In this document: positions 35,401-44,188 of the stretch, in pieces
Layout of the letters: every line of letters begins with the position of its first letter
Numbering within the stretch: position 1 is the stretch's first letter
Translations under genes and position numbers: made by a program
Assembly (NCBI GenBank): GCA_035504595.1
Contig: DATJRQ010000008.1
Coordinates: 28,065-92,064 of the forward strand
Origin: Thermoplasmata archaeon
Lineage (GTDB): Archaea; Thermoplasmatota; Thermoplasmata; Lutacidiplasmatales; UBA184
Direction of reading: 5' to 3'
Length of the DNA: 64,000 nucleotides
The notes under the pieces: generated by a model
Told to the model about the DNA's origin: nothing
The model's database searches: none
What the model saw: the letters and a program-made list of their open reading frames with translations, nothing else

Positions 35401-36372
35401 ATGTCCACCGGTCCCGTAATCGACTGGTTGCTGGAAGAGGGTCAACCTTCGGTTCGATACTACACCCTGGTCGACCTCCTCGACCGCCGCGAGAGTTCGT
35501 CCGAGGTTCGGGCGACCCGCGCGCGGATGAGGCGGGTGGGGTGGGGGCACGAGCAGCTCCGGGCCCAGGGGCCCCAGGGGTTCTGGGAATCCCGTCCGCC
35601 CAAGACGCTCAAGGAGTGGTTCCAGTTCCTCTACTTTCCGTACTACACGGCCACGAATTGGCGGGCACTCGTTCTCGCCGACCTCGGCTTCGACGCCACC
35701 GACCCCCGCATCCGCCGGCTCGCCGATCGCATCTTCGAGTACAAGCTCCAGCTCTCCTCCCCGTTCAATTTCTTTCACGAAGAGGCATGCATCTCGGCGA
35801 ACACCGCCCGGATGCTGGCCCGTTTCGGGTACGCGGACGACGTCCGCGTGCGGAAGGTGTACGATTGGCTCCTCGAGGACCAGCGCAAGGACGGAGGGTG
35901 GAACTGTTCGCAGGGAACCCCCGGGACGCTGGACGCCTGGGAGCCGCTCGCCGCATTCGCCTCGTTGCCCCGCTCGAAGCGCACTCCCCGAATGGAACAA
36001 GCGATCGGCCGCGGAGCGGAGTTCTACCTCCGGCGCCATCTGTTCGAAGAAGGCCGCCGATACCCTCCGTGGTTCCGTTTCCACTACCCGAATCACTACT
36101 TCTACGACATTCTGGTCGGGCTGGACGTGATCACCGCGCTCGGATACGCCGGGGACCGGCGGCTTCGGCCGGCCCTGGAGATCCTCACCGGCAAGCGGCG
36201 CCCCGACGGGCGATGGCTCCTCGACGCGAGTCCCCCGGACTTCGGGCCAGGGGCCAACGCGCATCCCGATCGGACCCTTCGGCCGCTCGTGATCGAAACC
36301 CCGGGCCGACCGAGCAAGTGGATCACCCTGAAGGCGCTGCGAGTTCTGAAACGGGTCGAGGAAGCGGCGTAA
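35401..36372 (+). CDS. Prenyltransferase/squalene-oxidase-repeat-like (alpha-alpha toroid) protein
   Basis: Repeated DGGW/DGRW-type motifs (QRKDGGWNCSQG, RRPDGRWLLD) spaced as in terpenoid cyclase/prenyltransferase repeats. Confidence 0.7.
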   Translation: MSTGPVIDWLLEEGQPSVRYYTLVDLLDRRESSSEVRATRARMRRVGWGHEQLRAQGPQGFWESRPPKTLKEWFQFLYFPYYTATNWRALVLADLGFDATDPRIRRLADRIFEYKLQLSSPFNFFHEEACISANTARMLARFGYADDVRVRKVYDWLLEDQRKDGGWNCSQGTPGTLDAWEPLAAFASLPRSKRTPRMEQAIGRGAEFYLRRHLFEEGRRYPPWFRFHYPNHYFYDILVGLDVITALGYAGDRRLRPALEILTGKRRPDGRWLLDASPPDFGPGANAHPDRTLRPLVIETPGRPSKWITLKALRVLKRVEEAA

Positions 36373-36612
36373 TCCGCTGATGCGAACGGGCCGGGGGCGC
36401 CGTCGATCGGGCGCAACGAGGTTCTGCACCCCGGCTGGCCCACCGCACGGACGGACCGCAGATGCGCCGGACCTCCTCGACCCCCCTACTTCGGTGGGAG
36501 CACGTCCGTTCCGGGGATGGCGAGCGCCGGCAGCGATGGGCCCCCGTCCCGCGCCGTCCGTCGGACGGCATCCTAGTCTCCCAACGGAGCGCCCGAAAAC
36601 CTCCGGCGCCAC

Positions 36613-36981
36613 TCAGGCATTGTTCCGGGCGGCCTCCTCGACGAGGCCCACGGCGAATGCAACGTCCTTCGGCCCGCTGACGTGGATCTCCAGCCATTCG
36701 GCTGAGGCCCCGCGCGGGCGCATCCGCGGATCGATCGTGCCGCTGTCCTTGCGTTCCCGGATCGCCTCCTTGGTGATCCGTATGTCCATTCGTTCGTTTC
36801 CGTGAAAGTGCGCGATCTCACGACCACCGAGGAAGAACGACCCCCCGTGGCCGAACCGGGACGGCCCCTTGGTCACGCCCGGGATCTCTACGACCCGGCG
36901 CTCGATCTCCTCCCGGATCCTGCCGGGGGCTTGCTCTGTCAATCTCTTGGGCCGGCGGCTGGTCGCTGTGTTCCGCACCAT
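36613..36981 (-). CDS. Luciferase-domain-like small protein (DUF5519-like, tentative)
   Basis: PGVTKGPSRFGHGGSFFLGGREIAHFHGNERMDIRIT fits my recollection of that family. Clean protein-like ORF. Confidence 0.6.
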   Translation of the reverse strand: MVRNTATSRRPKRLTEQAPGRIREEIERRVVEIPGVTKGPSRFGHGGSFFLGGREIAHFHGNERMDIRITKEAIRERKDSGTIDPRMRPRGASAEWLEIHVSGPKDVAFAVGLVEEAARNNA

Positions 36982-37413
36982 TTCTCGTCTCGGGCCGTTT
37001 CATCGGGGTGTCCGTGCGACCCGGACCTCTCGATTCCACCGAGGAGGAGCCGAGTCCACACGGGTTCGTCCGAGGGGGTGGCGCCGGCGAAACGGGTCCC
37101 GCCCGATGGGATCGAGCCAGGCCCCGTCCGTGACACCCCGAGAGGGCATGATGAGCCGGACGGCTCGGGAGTAGTCAAGCGCGCGGGGGAGGGGGTGAAA
37201 CGGGCGCGCACCGCATGCGGCCGTCGACCGACGACCACCGGAGGGCCCGGGGCTCCGGCTCGGGGTTCCGAGCCGGGAACGAGTTGTACGGAGGGCCGTG
37301 GGGGGTCCGCCATCGGGGTGCTGCAGTTGGGGCAACGCGGAGGCGTCTCCATACGGAGCGGAATCCCCGCCCCCTCTCAATGTCGTCGTGCCGCGCCCCG
37401 TGGGGGCGGCGTT

Positions 37414-37839
37414 CTACCGCCTGGCGGCGAGCTCCGCCCGGGCCGCGGCCGCGATGTCGGCACCGGTAAGAGCCTTCCCGCCGATCCCCCATCCGCCCTC
37501 CGGTGATTCGTAGATCAGGACCCAGGTACGGCTCGCGAGCGACGGGTCCTTCGCCGCCGTCGCGACGATCTCGGTCAGCTCCTTGACGACTCCGATCTGT
37601 TTCTCCCGGTCGAGCACGCCGACCGGTGTCAGGACCTGCACCCGCACGTAGTTGGTGTCGCCGTCCACGTTGGAGAGAGCGCCGGCGGGCAGGTCGTGGA
37701 CGAACGCGGCTGTGTTCTTCCGAAACAGCGAGATCGGGGGGACTTTCTCCCAACGCATCACCGCTGCCGCGAGGTCGCGGGCCAGGGTATGGTTGTCCTC
37801 GAACGTGCCGGCGGTTGCGTACACATCGATCATCGGCAT
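37414..37839 (-). CDS. Tautomerase superfamily protein (long 4-OT-like form)
   Basis: Starts MPMIDVY (catalytic Pro-1 context). Size and pattern fit the Tautomerase_3 type. Confidence 0.75.
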   Translation of the reverse strand: MPMIDVYATAGTFEDNHTLARDLAAAVMRWEKVPPISLFRKNTAAFVHDLPAGALSNVDGDTNYVRVQVLTPVGVLDREKQIGVVKELTEIVATAAKDPSLASRTWVLIYESPEGGWGIGGKALTGADIAAAARAELAARR

Positions 37840-37857
37840 GGTCGTCGAGACGGTCGA

Positions 37858-37875
37858 TTATGATGCTCATCATAA
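37858..37875. promoter_or_regulatory. 18-bp perfect inverted repeat TTATGATG-CT-CATCATAA; candidate TetR operator overlapping the divergent promoters
   Basis: Read directly. It lies in the 85-bp spacer between the tautomerase start (37839, minus) and the TetR start (37925, plus), and is the only AT-rich element there. Confidence 0.55.
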
Positions 37876-37924
37876 GTCTGCTGGTGGGCGTTAGGATTTA
37901 GCTGGAGGCCGACTGCGCGAGAAC

Positions 37925-38521
37925 GTGGCAACGGCGGCCGGTGCGCGCGCGAGGGCGCAACGGGAAAGAATGGTATCGACCGCCGCTCTCCTGATCGGGA
38001 CCCGGGGCGTGTCCGCCACGTCCTTTTCCGAGGTCCTGGAGGCAAGCGGCGCTCCGCGCGGCTCGATCTACCACTACTTCCCGCGCGGGAAGCGGCAATT
38101 GGTGGAGGACTCCCTCCGGTGGACCTCCGAGCAAGTGCTCGACTATCAGCGGCGTTGCCGCTCCGGGAGTCCGGAGCGGATCCTTCGGCACTTCGTCCAA
38201 TTCTTCCGGCGGTCGGTCGTTTCGTCCGACTGCGAGGCCGGCTGTCCGGTCGCGGCCGTCGTGATCGGCGCGTACGTCGATCGCGACGAGCTGAGCGGAG
38301 CGGTGCACGAGAGCTTCGAGTCGTGGCGGGCGCTCCTCGCCGAGCAGTTGGCGGCAGCCGGGCTGACCCCCGCCCGCGCGCGCTCGCTGGCCGTGACCGC
38401 GCTCGCCTCCGTCGAGGGCGCCCTCCTACTCTGCCGAGCCCAACGATCGGTCGACCCACTGGACGAGGTGGAGGCGGAGCTCGAGCGCCTCGGGCGGGGC
38501 GCCCGACGCCCCGGCGCCTAG
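37925..38521 (+). CDS. TetR/AcrR family transcriptional regulator
   Basis: N-terminal HTH TAALLIGTRGVSATSFSEVLEASGAPRGSIYHYFPRGKRQL. Confidence 0.9.
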   Translation: MATAAGARARAQRERMVSTAALLIGTRGVSATSFSEVLEASGAPRGSIYHYFPRGKRQLVEDSLRWTSEQVLDYQRRCRSGSPERILRHFVQFFRRSVVSSDCEAGCPVAAVVIGAYVDRDELSGAVHESFESWRALLAEQLAAAGLTPARARSLAVTALASVEGALLLCRAQRSVDPLDEVEAELERLGRGARRPGA

Positions 38522-38565
38522 GCCCCCGTCCACGAACGGCGGTCGAGCGGGCCGTCCGGCCCCCG

Positions 38566-39402
38566 TTACGGTGTTCCCACGCGGTCGAGAAACGCCGAGA
38601 GCTCGCGATCGAAGGCGTGCGGGGCCGACAGGTTGATCAGGTGATCCGCCCCCGGAATGCGCGAGAGGCCCGCGCCGGGGACCCTATCGGCAACGAACAT
38701 CGCGAACCGGGGAGAGGAAGGATTGTCCCGGTCGCCCACGAGCACCTGCGTCGGCACCCGTAGCGAGGCGAGCCGCGGGGCGGCGGGGGGGCCGATGAGG
38801 TGGTCGAATCGATCGGACCTCGAGTCGAATACCTCCGCCGTGTTCTCCTCCACCATCGTCCGGAACAGTTCCAGGGAGGGACCGGTCAGCGCCGCGCCCC
38901 ACAGCTTCCGAAGCCGTTCGAACGCCTCCTCTTTCTTTCCGGCCGACCAAGCGGTTGCGATCGCGGACGATTCCCGATCGTCGATCTCGAATGCCTCCTT
39001 CCCCTCCGGGTCCATCTCGATCCGCATCCCGGACAGTCCCGGGGCCAGAAGGAACAGGCCGCGCACCCGGGTCGGGTGGTCGAGAGCGTAATCGATGGCG
39101 ATTCGCCCCCCCATGCTGGGGGCCACGAGCACGGGTCGGTCCAGCTCGAGACCCGTGATCACGGCGGAAAGGTCCTCGACGAAGGAGAACGGGGCCGTCG
39201 CCGGCGTGGAGCCACCGAAGCCACGCAGGTCGTATCGAAGGACGCGATACCGCTTCGCGAGCGCGGGAAACTCCCGGTTCCAGACGCGACGGTCCGCGAT
39301 GCCTTCGTGCAAGAGCACGATCGGGACCCCGGTTCCGCTCTCCTCGTAGGCGAGACTTCCGCCCGGAACCTCGAGAAGCCTCGACCCCACCGACTTCGCC
39401 AT
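38566..39402 (-). CDS. Alpha/beta hydrolase
   Basis: ATG at 39402 inside ORF 38566..39573. Contains PIVLLHEG, the nucleophile elbow VAPSMGG and C-terminal GADHLIN. Confidence 0.88.
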   Translation of the reverse strand: MAKSVGSRLLEVPGGSLAYEESGTGVPIVLLHEGIADRRVWNREFPALAKRYRVLRYDLRGFGGSTPATAPFSFVEDLSAVITGLELDRPVLVAPSMGGRIAIDYALDHPTRVRGLFLLAPGLSGMRIEMDPEGKEAFEIDDRESSAIATAWSAGKKEEAFERLRKLWGAALTGPSLELFRTMVEENTAEVFDSRSDRFDHLIGPPAAPRLASLRVPTQVLVGDRDNPSSPRFAMFVADRVPGAGLSRIPGADHLINLSAPHAFDRELSAFLDRVGTP

Positions 39403-39538
39403 GACGACCTCCGATCGGGCGGGTTCCCCGCCCACCCCCTCGGGTGTCTCCCGGCAGGATGGGGCTTCCGGTGGGGTCACGAAACGCCCCCCGGTCGAAC
39501 CCCGAATCAGTCTCTGAACCGGGGGAAGGTCGCCCGCC

Positions 39539-39973
39539 CTACTTCTTCGCGAACGCGCGGATGCCGGCGGCATCCTCGTTGTACGCGTTCTCCCACGCCA
39601 TGCGAACCATTCCTTCGAGCTGGTCGGCCGGGATCATTGGAGACTGCATGTCGCCGTACACCGCGACCTCCGTCTTCGACCCCCGGGGCGTGTAGACCGT
39701 GAACATCCGCGAACCGGTCATCGGCCCCTCGATCGATTCCGCCGCCATTCCGAGCGGAGGGAAGACCGTGATCTTGTTGGCGACTTTGACCCAGTTGCCG
39801 TTCATGTTCTGCTCCCACGAAACCACGAACGACGTGTCCGTTAGCGGCTTCATCGCCCGGTTGCGGGTTCCCTGGTGCGACGCCCCGTGGGCCTGGGGGT
39901 CCTGCAGGTACTTCCAGACTACCTCGATCGGGGCATCGAAGTGGCTTCTCTCCTCGTCGTTGATCCGCGCCAT
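39539..39973 (-). CDS. SRPBCC-like hypothetical protein, paralog 1 of 3
   Basis: 144 aa. Shares APIEVVWKYL, H-x3-H-x3-R, FPPL and VAVYGD blocks with 40046..40480 and 41855..42295. Confidence 0.75.
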   Translation of the reverse strand: MARINDEERSHFDAPIEVVWKYLQDPQAHGASHQGTRNRAMKPLTDTSFVVSWEQNMNGNWVKVANKITVFPPLGMAAESIEGPMTGSRMFTVYTPRGSKTEVAVYGDMQSPMIPADQLEGMVRMAWENAYNEDAAGIRAFAKK

Positions 39974-40045
39974 GGGTCCCGCAGCGCGGTACGATACTTG
40001 AGGGCGTCCCGCGCGCGGTGCGAAGGGGGTACGGTCCCGGCCCCC

Positions 40046-40480
40046 CTACGTCCCCCGGGCCAGCCGGGCCACGGCGGGAGCATCCTCCGCGAACTCGTTC
40101 GCCAGGAACGCGAGAGCGACCTTCTTCAATCGCGACTTCGGGATCGACTTCGACGTGAACTCCCCGTACACGTTGATCCCGGTCTTCTTTCCCTGCGGAG
40201 AGTACACGTACGTCCACTTCGACCCCGCGAGCGGCCCGTCGAGGAGCTCCTGGACCATCGCGATCGGCGGGAAGAAGGAGATCCGCATCGTCTCTCGTTT
40301 CCACGCGGCCCCGTACTTCCGCTCGGCGATGTACAGGATCGTGCAGTCGGAGACCTTCTTGAACTCGGCGCTACGCGTGCTCGTGTGGGCCTTGTCGTGG
40401 TCCCCGCCGCCGAAGATGTACTTCCACACGACGTCGATCGGCGCCCGGAACGAACTGCCGGTGTCCTCGATGTACACCAT
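40046..40480 (-). CDS. SRPBCC-like hypothetical protein, paralog 2 of 3
   Basis: The C-terminal 144 aa of chimeric ORF 40046..42025, with the ATG at 40480. Blocks APIDVVWKYI, HDKAHTSTR, FPPI and INVYGE. Confidence 0.75.
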   Translation of the reverse strand: MVYIEDTGSSFRAPIDVVWKYIFGGGDHDKAHTSTRSAEFKKVSDCTILYIAERKYGAAWKRETMRISFFPPIAMVQELLDGPLAGSKWTYVYSPQGKKTGINVYGEFTSKSIPKSRLKKVALAFLANEFAEDAPAVARLARGT

Positions 40481-40543
40481 GATCCCCTCGCGCCCCCCCA
40501 TCGCCCCGCGGGTAGATGAGGGAGGAGCGTCGCATACCGCTCC

Positions 40544-40915
40544 GTGGTCGACCGATACTGTCCGGCCTGCGCCTCGATCGTGCCGGGGACGAGCCGGTTC
40601 TGCCCGAACTGCGGCGCCGCGCTCCCCGTTCACCGGGACCCGCCGACGTGGGGGCGCCACGTTCCGCTCCGGTTCCAGGTCGAGCCCGATGATGCACCCT
40701 ACCGGGACGTACGGTGGGTGCAGATCGTCCTCGGCGTTGCGCTCGCGCTCGTCGGAGGTTTCCTCCTGCTGGTCTGGGGGATCGTTTCGGATGTCACGGT
40801 CGGCTCGGGCGTGTTCGAGCTCGTCTTCCTCGCCCCGGGGGCGACCCTGCTCGGGGTCGGGCTCCTCCTGTGCGTCGTGGGGCTGTACCGGACGCTGGGA
40901 CCTGCGGGGCGCTGA
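40544..40915 (+). CDS. Zinc-ribbon membrane protein
   Basis: N-terminal CPAC..(10)..CPNCG zinc ribbon followed by two hydrophobic helices. GTG start. Confidence 0.6.
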   Translation: MVDRYCPACASIVPGTSRFCPNCGAALPVHRDPPTWGRHVPLRFQVEPDDAPYRDVRWVQIVLGVALALVGGFLLLVWGIVSDVTVGSGVFELVFLAPGATLLGVGLLLCVVGLYRTLGPAGR

Positions 40916-40962
40916 CGAGCGAACTCGCCGGGTCGCGCACGACGGGAAACGAGCTCGAGGAC

Positions 40963-41661
40963 CTACCGAAGCGGTGGTTGGGGTTCTGTCCGGCGGGTCA
41001 GCCGCGCCGTGTACACTCCCAACGATCCGCCGGGCGTCGACCACCCGCCCTCCGAGTTCGGGCCGTGGAACTCCGTGGATTCGAAGATGAAGAGAGGCTC
41101 GAGTGCCGCGGTCACCTCGGCGAGCGAGGGTCGGTGCGCGGGGCCCATGGGCCGGGTCTCCTCCCGACCGATCCAGATCAACAGGAACGTTCCGCCGGGT
41201 CGAACGACGCGGTGGAGTTCGTCCGCGTAGTCCCCCCGCATCTCGATCGGCAGGGTGTGGAAGCATCCGGAGTCGATCGCCGCCGTAAACTCCCCCCCGG
41301 CGAACGGGAGGTCGGTCGCGTCCCCTTCCCGGAGCGTCACGCGCAGTCCGGCCTCCTTCGCACGGGCCCGGGCGGCAGCGATCGCTCCCGGTGAGATCTC
41401 GACGCCGTACGCGCGGAATCCCCGGCGGGCGAGCCAGAGAACGTTCGTGCCCGCCCCGCACCCGACATCGAGGACGGCGGCACCGGGCGGAATCCACTTC
41501 TGCTTGACGGCGCGAACGAGCCACGGGCTCGGGTCCTTCGAAAACCAGGGAAGGGTCTCGTACGCCGACCGCTCGTACGTCTCCTTCCAGCCTTCCCGTA
41601 GCGCGGCCGAGATCCCCCGGCGTCGCTTGGACTTCGGGGACCGGGGAGGGGGGGCGTTCAT
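40963..41661 (-). CDS. Class I SAM-dependent methyltransferase
   Basis: ATG at 41661 inside ORF 40963..42126. Motif I VLDVGCGAGTN and post-I GVEIS, with a TPMT/TehB-like layout. Confidence 0.85.
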   Translation of the reverse strand: MNAPPPRSPKSKRRRGISAALREGWKETYERSAYETLPWFSKDPSPWLVRAVKQKWIPPGAAVLDVGCGAGTNVLWLARRGFRAYGVEISPGAIAAARARAKEAGLRVTLREGDATDLPFAGGEFTAAIDSGCFHTLPIEMRGDYADELHRVVRPGGTFLLIWIGREETRPMGPAHRPSLAEVTAALEPLFIFESTEFHGPNSEGGWSTPGGSLGVYTARLTRRTEPQPPLR

Positions 41662-41854
41662 CGGGACGTTCCTCTGTTCTCGCACCGGTGTTCGCCCGGT
41701 CGCGCCGCGGGAGGCGGCAGAGGACAGATAGGTTGTCGGGAGTGCGGGCGGAACCGCTTTCGGCGACGCCGAGGCACGACTCTCGGCCCCATCGGCCCGC
41801 TCCGACCCCCCGCAGTGGCTTATCAGCGCGTGGGGAGTGACCGACGGGAATCCC

Positions 41855-42295
41855 ATGGTGTTCTTCGAGGATACCGGCGCGATCATCGACGCACCCCTCG
41901 ACCTCGTCTGGAAGTATCTCGCGTCGGAACCCCACGGGGCCGCGCACGCTCGAAGCGCGCGGAACTTCGAAGTGACCGAGACCGCCGGCCCGATGAGCGT
42001 CGTCGCCGCGGAGCGACTGCTCCACGGGAAGTGGACACGGTTCGTGAGCAAATCATCGGACTTCCCCCCGCTGTGTGTCGTCAACGAAGAGGTCGAGGGC
42101 GACTTTGAGGGGACGCGGTTCGTCATCCTATACCGTCCCGAAGGGAACGTTACGCGCGTTGACGTCTACGGGGACGTTCGCTCGAAGAAGTTCCCCGACG
42201 CCGAGGCCCATCGGATCTTCCTCGAGTTTCTCCAGGGAGCCTACGAGGACGACGCGAAGGCGATCGCCGAGCTGCGACGGACGGGGAAGCTCTAG
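41855..42295 (+). CDS. SRPBCC-like hypothetical protein, paralog 3 of 3
   Basis: The ATG at 41855 gives MVFFEDTG.., matching the paralog 2 start MVYIEDTG. The ORF track starts at a GTG at 41837. Blocks APLDLVWKYL, HGAAHARSAR, FPPL and VDVYGD. Confidence 0.75.
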   Translation: MVFFEDTGAIIDAPLDLVWKYLASEPHGAAHARSARNFEVTETAGPMSVVAAERLLHGKWTRFVSKSSDFPPLCVVNEEVEGDFEGTRFVILYRPEGNVTRVDVYGDVRSKKFPDAEAHRIFLEFLQGAYEDDAKAIAELRRTGKL

Positions 42296-42432
42296 GGCCC
42301 GGGTCCCGACCGACGGGCCTCGCGCCTCTCGCGGACGACGGGTCAGCGCCTCCGACCGTGCGGCACGCCGGGGAACATCTTCGCCCGGGTCCTCTTCAGC
42401 GGCCCCGGCGACGCGGGTCGAGCGAGGGGACG

Positions 42433-43383
42433 CTAGGAGACCTTCGGAACAGGGGTCCGGTCGACCGCGGTCTTGACAATGTCCTCGCCCCGGATGCCGC
42501 GGATCCACGGCTCGGGCTTGACGAGGACCCGATGCGCCAGGGCGGGTCCCGCGAGCGCCTTCACATCGTCCGGCAGCACGTAGTCGCGTCCGTGGAGGAT
42601 GGCGCGGGCCCGCGTGAGTTTCTGGAGCGCGAGGGAGCCGCGGGGAGAGGCGCCGACCTCGGCCCGGTTGTCGACCCGGGTCGTCCGCACGACGTCGACG
42701 ATGTAGCCGGCGATCGACGGGTCGAGCTCGATCTCCTCCACCGATCGTTGGAGTTCAATGAACTGCTGGGGGGTGGTGGCGGGCGCCACGACGGCGTTCT
42801 CGGTCTTCCGGACGCGACGCCGCTCCAGGATCATTCGTTCCTCCTCCGGCGTCGGGTAGCCGACCTTCAGGCGCATCAGGAACCGATCGACCTGCGCCTC
42901 GGGCAGCGGATACGTCCCCTCGAGCTCGAGGGGGTTCTCGGTGGCCAGGACGAGGAACGGCCGCGGGAGCGGGTACGTCGCCCGCTCGCTCGTCACCTGG
43001 TACTCCTGCATCGCCTCGAGGAGCGACGACTGGACCTTCGGGGGAGCGCGGTTGATCTCGTCCGCAAGCAGCACGTTCGCGAAGATCGGCCCCTTCCGGA
43101 ACACGAAACCGCTCTTCTCCGGGTCGAGCATGTCGCTGCCCGTGATGTCGTGGGGGAGCAGGTCGGCGGTGAACTGGATCCGCTGGAACTCCAGGCCCAG
43201 GGCCGACGCGAACGACTTCGCCATCAGGGTCTTGCCGAGCCCCGGGAGGTCCTCGATCAGGAGGTGACCGTCCGCGGTGAGCCCCGTGAGGATCTGTTCG
43301 ATCGCCTCTTCGCGCCCGACGACGGCGGTCTCGACCGACGTGCGGATGGCGTCCGCGACCTTGCCGGCCTCCTCGACCTTCAT
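42433..43383 (-). CDS. MoxR family AAA+ ATPase
   Basis: Walker A DLPGLGKT, Walker B NVLLADEINRAPPKVQSSLLEAM, and C-terminal GASPRGSLAL. ATATAA box about 35 nt upstream. Confidence 0.93.
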   Translation of the reverse strand: MKVEEAGKVADAIRTSVETAVVGREEAIEQILTGLTADGHLLIEDLPGLGKTLMAKSFASALGLEFQRIQFTADLLPHDITGSDMLDPEKSGFVFRKGPIFANVLLADEINRAPPKVQSSLLEAMQEYQVTSERATYPLPRPFLVLATENPLELEGTYPLPEAQVDRFLMRLKVGYPTPEEERMILERRRVRKTENAVVAPATTPQQFIELQRSVEEIELDPSIAGYIVDVVRTTRVDNRAEVGASPRGSLALQKLTRARAILHGRDYVLPDDVKALAGPALAHRVLVKPEPWIRGIRGEDIVKTAVDRTPVPKVS

Positions 43384-43651
43384 CCGGGGCGCCTTCCCGT
43401 CCCGAAGCCTGGCCCCTTATATGGACCGCACCGGCGTTTCCGAGCGCCCGCTGTGCCCCGGTCCTAACGATCCGCGTCACCGTAGGCGATCGCCCTCTCG
43501 GCGGTCTGACCCGGACCGGGGGTATCGGACACCGGGGTTGTCCTCACGTCATTCTCTGCGGACGACCCGTCCGCCTGGAGTCAAGAGGGACCCTTCGACG
43601 GCACCCGGGCGCGACCCGTGGCCGCACCGTGCGGAGCATCGGCGCCCGGCC

Positions 43652-44188
43652 CTAAATCGTTGCCGGGACGTCGCGGTCGAACAGGTCGGGCCGCCGCACG
43701 AGGTAGGCGAGGATCACGAGCGCGGCCGCGAGCAGCCCACCGGCGACCCCGACCGGAGCCGACGTCGAGGGGAGGAGCGTCGCGCTCGCCCAGGCGAGGC
43801 CGACGCCCACGGCGGGGGTGCCCCAGATCAGGACCCCGCGCGACAGCCCCTGCGCCGGCCGGAGCGGGTCGTCGAGCAACCAGGCGGCGAACACCACGCC
43901 CGCCACCCCCGCGAGGAGCTCGGGGACGACCGCGACGGGGGTCTCGGCCGCGAGGGTCCCGAGGATCACAAGGACCGGGACCGGCGCCAGGTCGCGGATG
44001 AGCACGTCGCGCGAGAGTCGCAGGACGGTGGCGACCGCCACGGCGATGGCCGCGAGCGCGCCGAGGAGTACCTTGTCGACCCCCGGCAAGGGGGTGTCGA
44101 ACCCGAGCGCCAGTGCGGCCACGAGCAGCAGCAGCGGGGTGGGGAGCAGCGCGCGCCCGAGGGGCACCCGGGCCAGCTTTGCGGTCAC
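43652..44188 (-). CDS. Hypothetical polytopic membrane protein
   Basis: GTG at 44188 in a GTGA overlap with the DUF58 stop. About 5 hydrophobic helices. It is the tail of ORF 43652..45448. Confidence 0.6.
   Translation of the reverse strand: MTAKLARVPLGRALLPTPLLLLVAALALGFDTPLPGVDKVLLGALAAIAVAVATVLRLSRDVLIRDLAPVPVLVILGTLAAETPVAVVPELLAGVAGVVFAAWLLDDPLRPAQGLSRGVLIWGTPAVGVGLAWASATLLPSTSAPVGVAGGLLAAALVILAYLVRRPDLFDRDVPATI

Noticed and set aside
36982-37413. RNase P RNA. The plus strand contains GGGGUGAAACGGGCGCGCACCGC and CCACCGGAGGGCC, reminiscent of the CR-II/CR-III region of type A RNase P RNA, at plausible spacing.
   Set aside because: I could not find the near-universal CR-I (GAGGAAAGUCC) or CR-V (ACAGAA..GGCUUA) elements, or a P4 pairing, on either strand. 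A covariance-model search (Rfam archaeal RNase P) would settle it.
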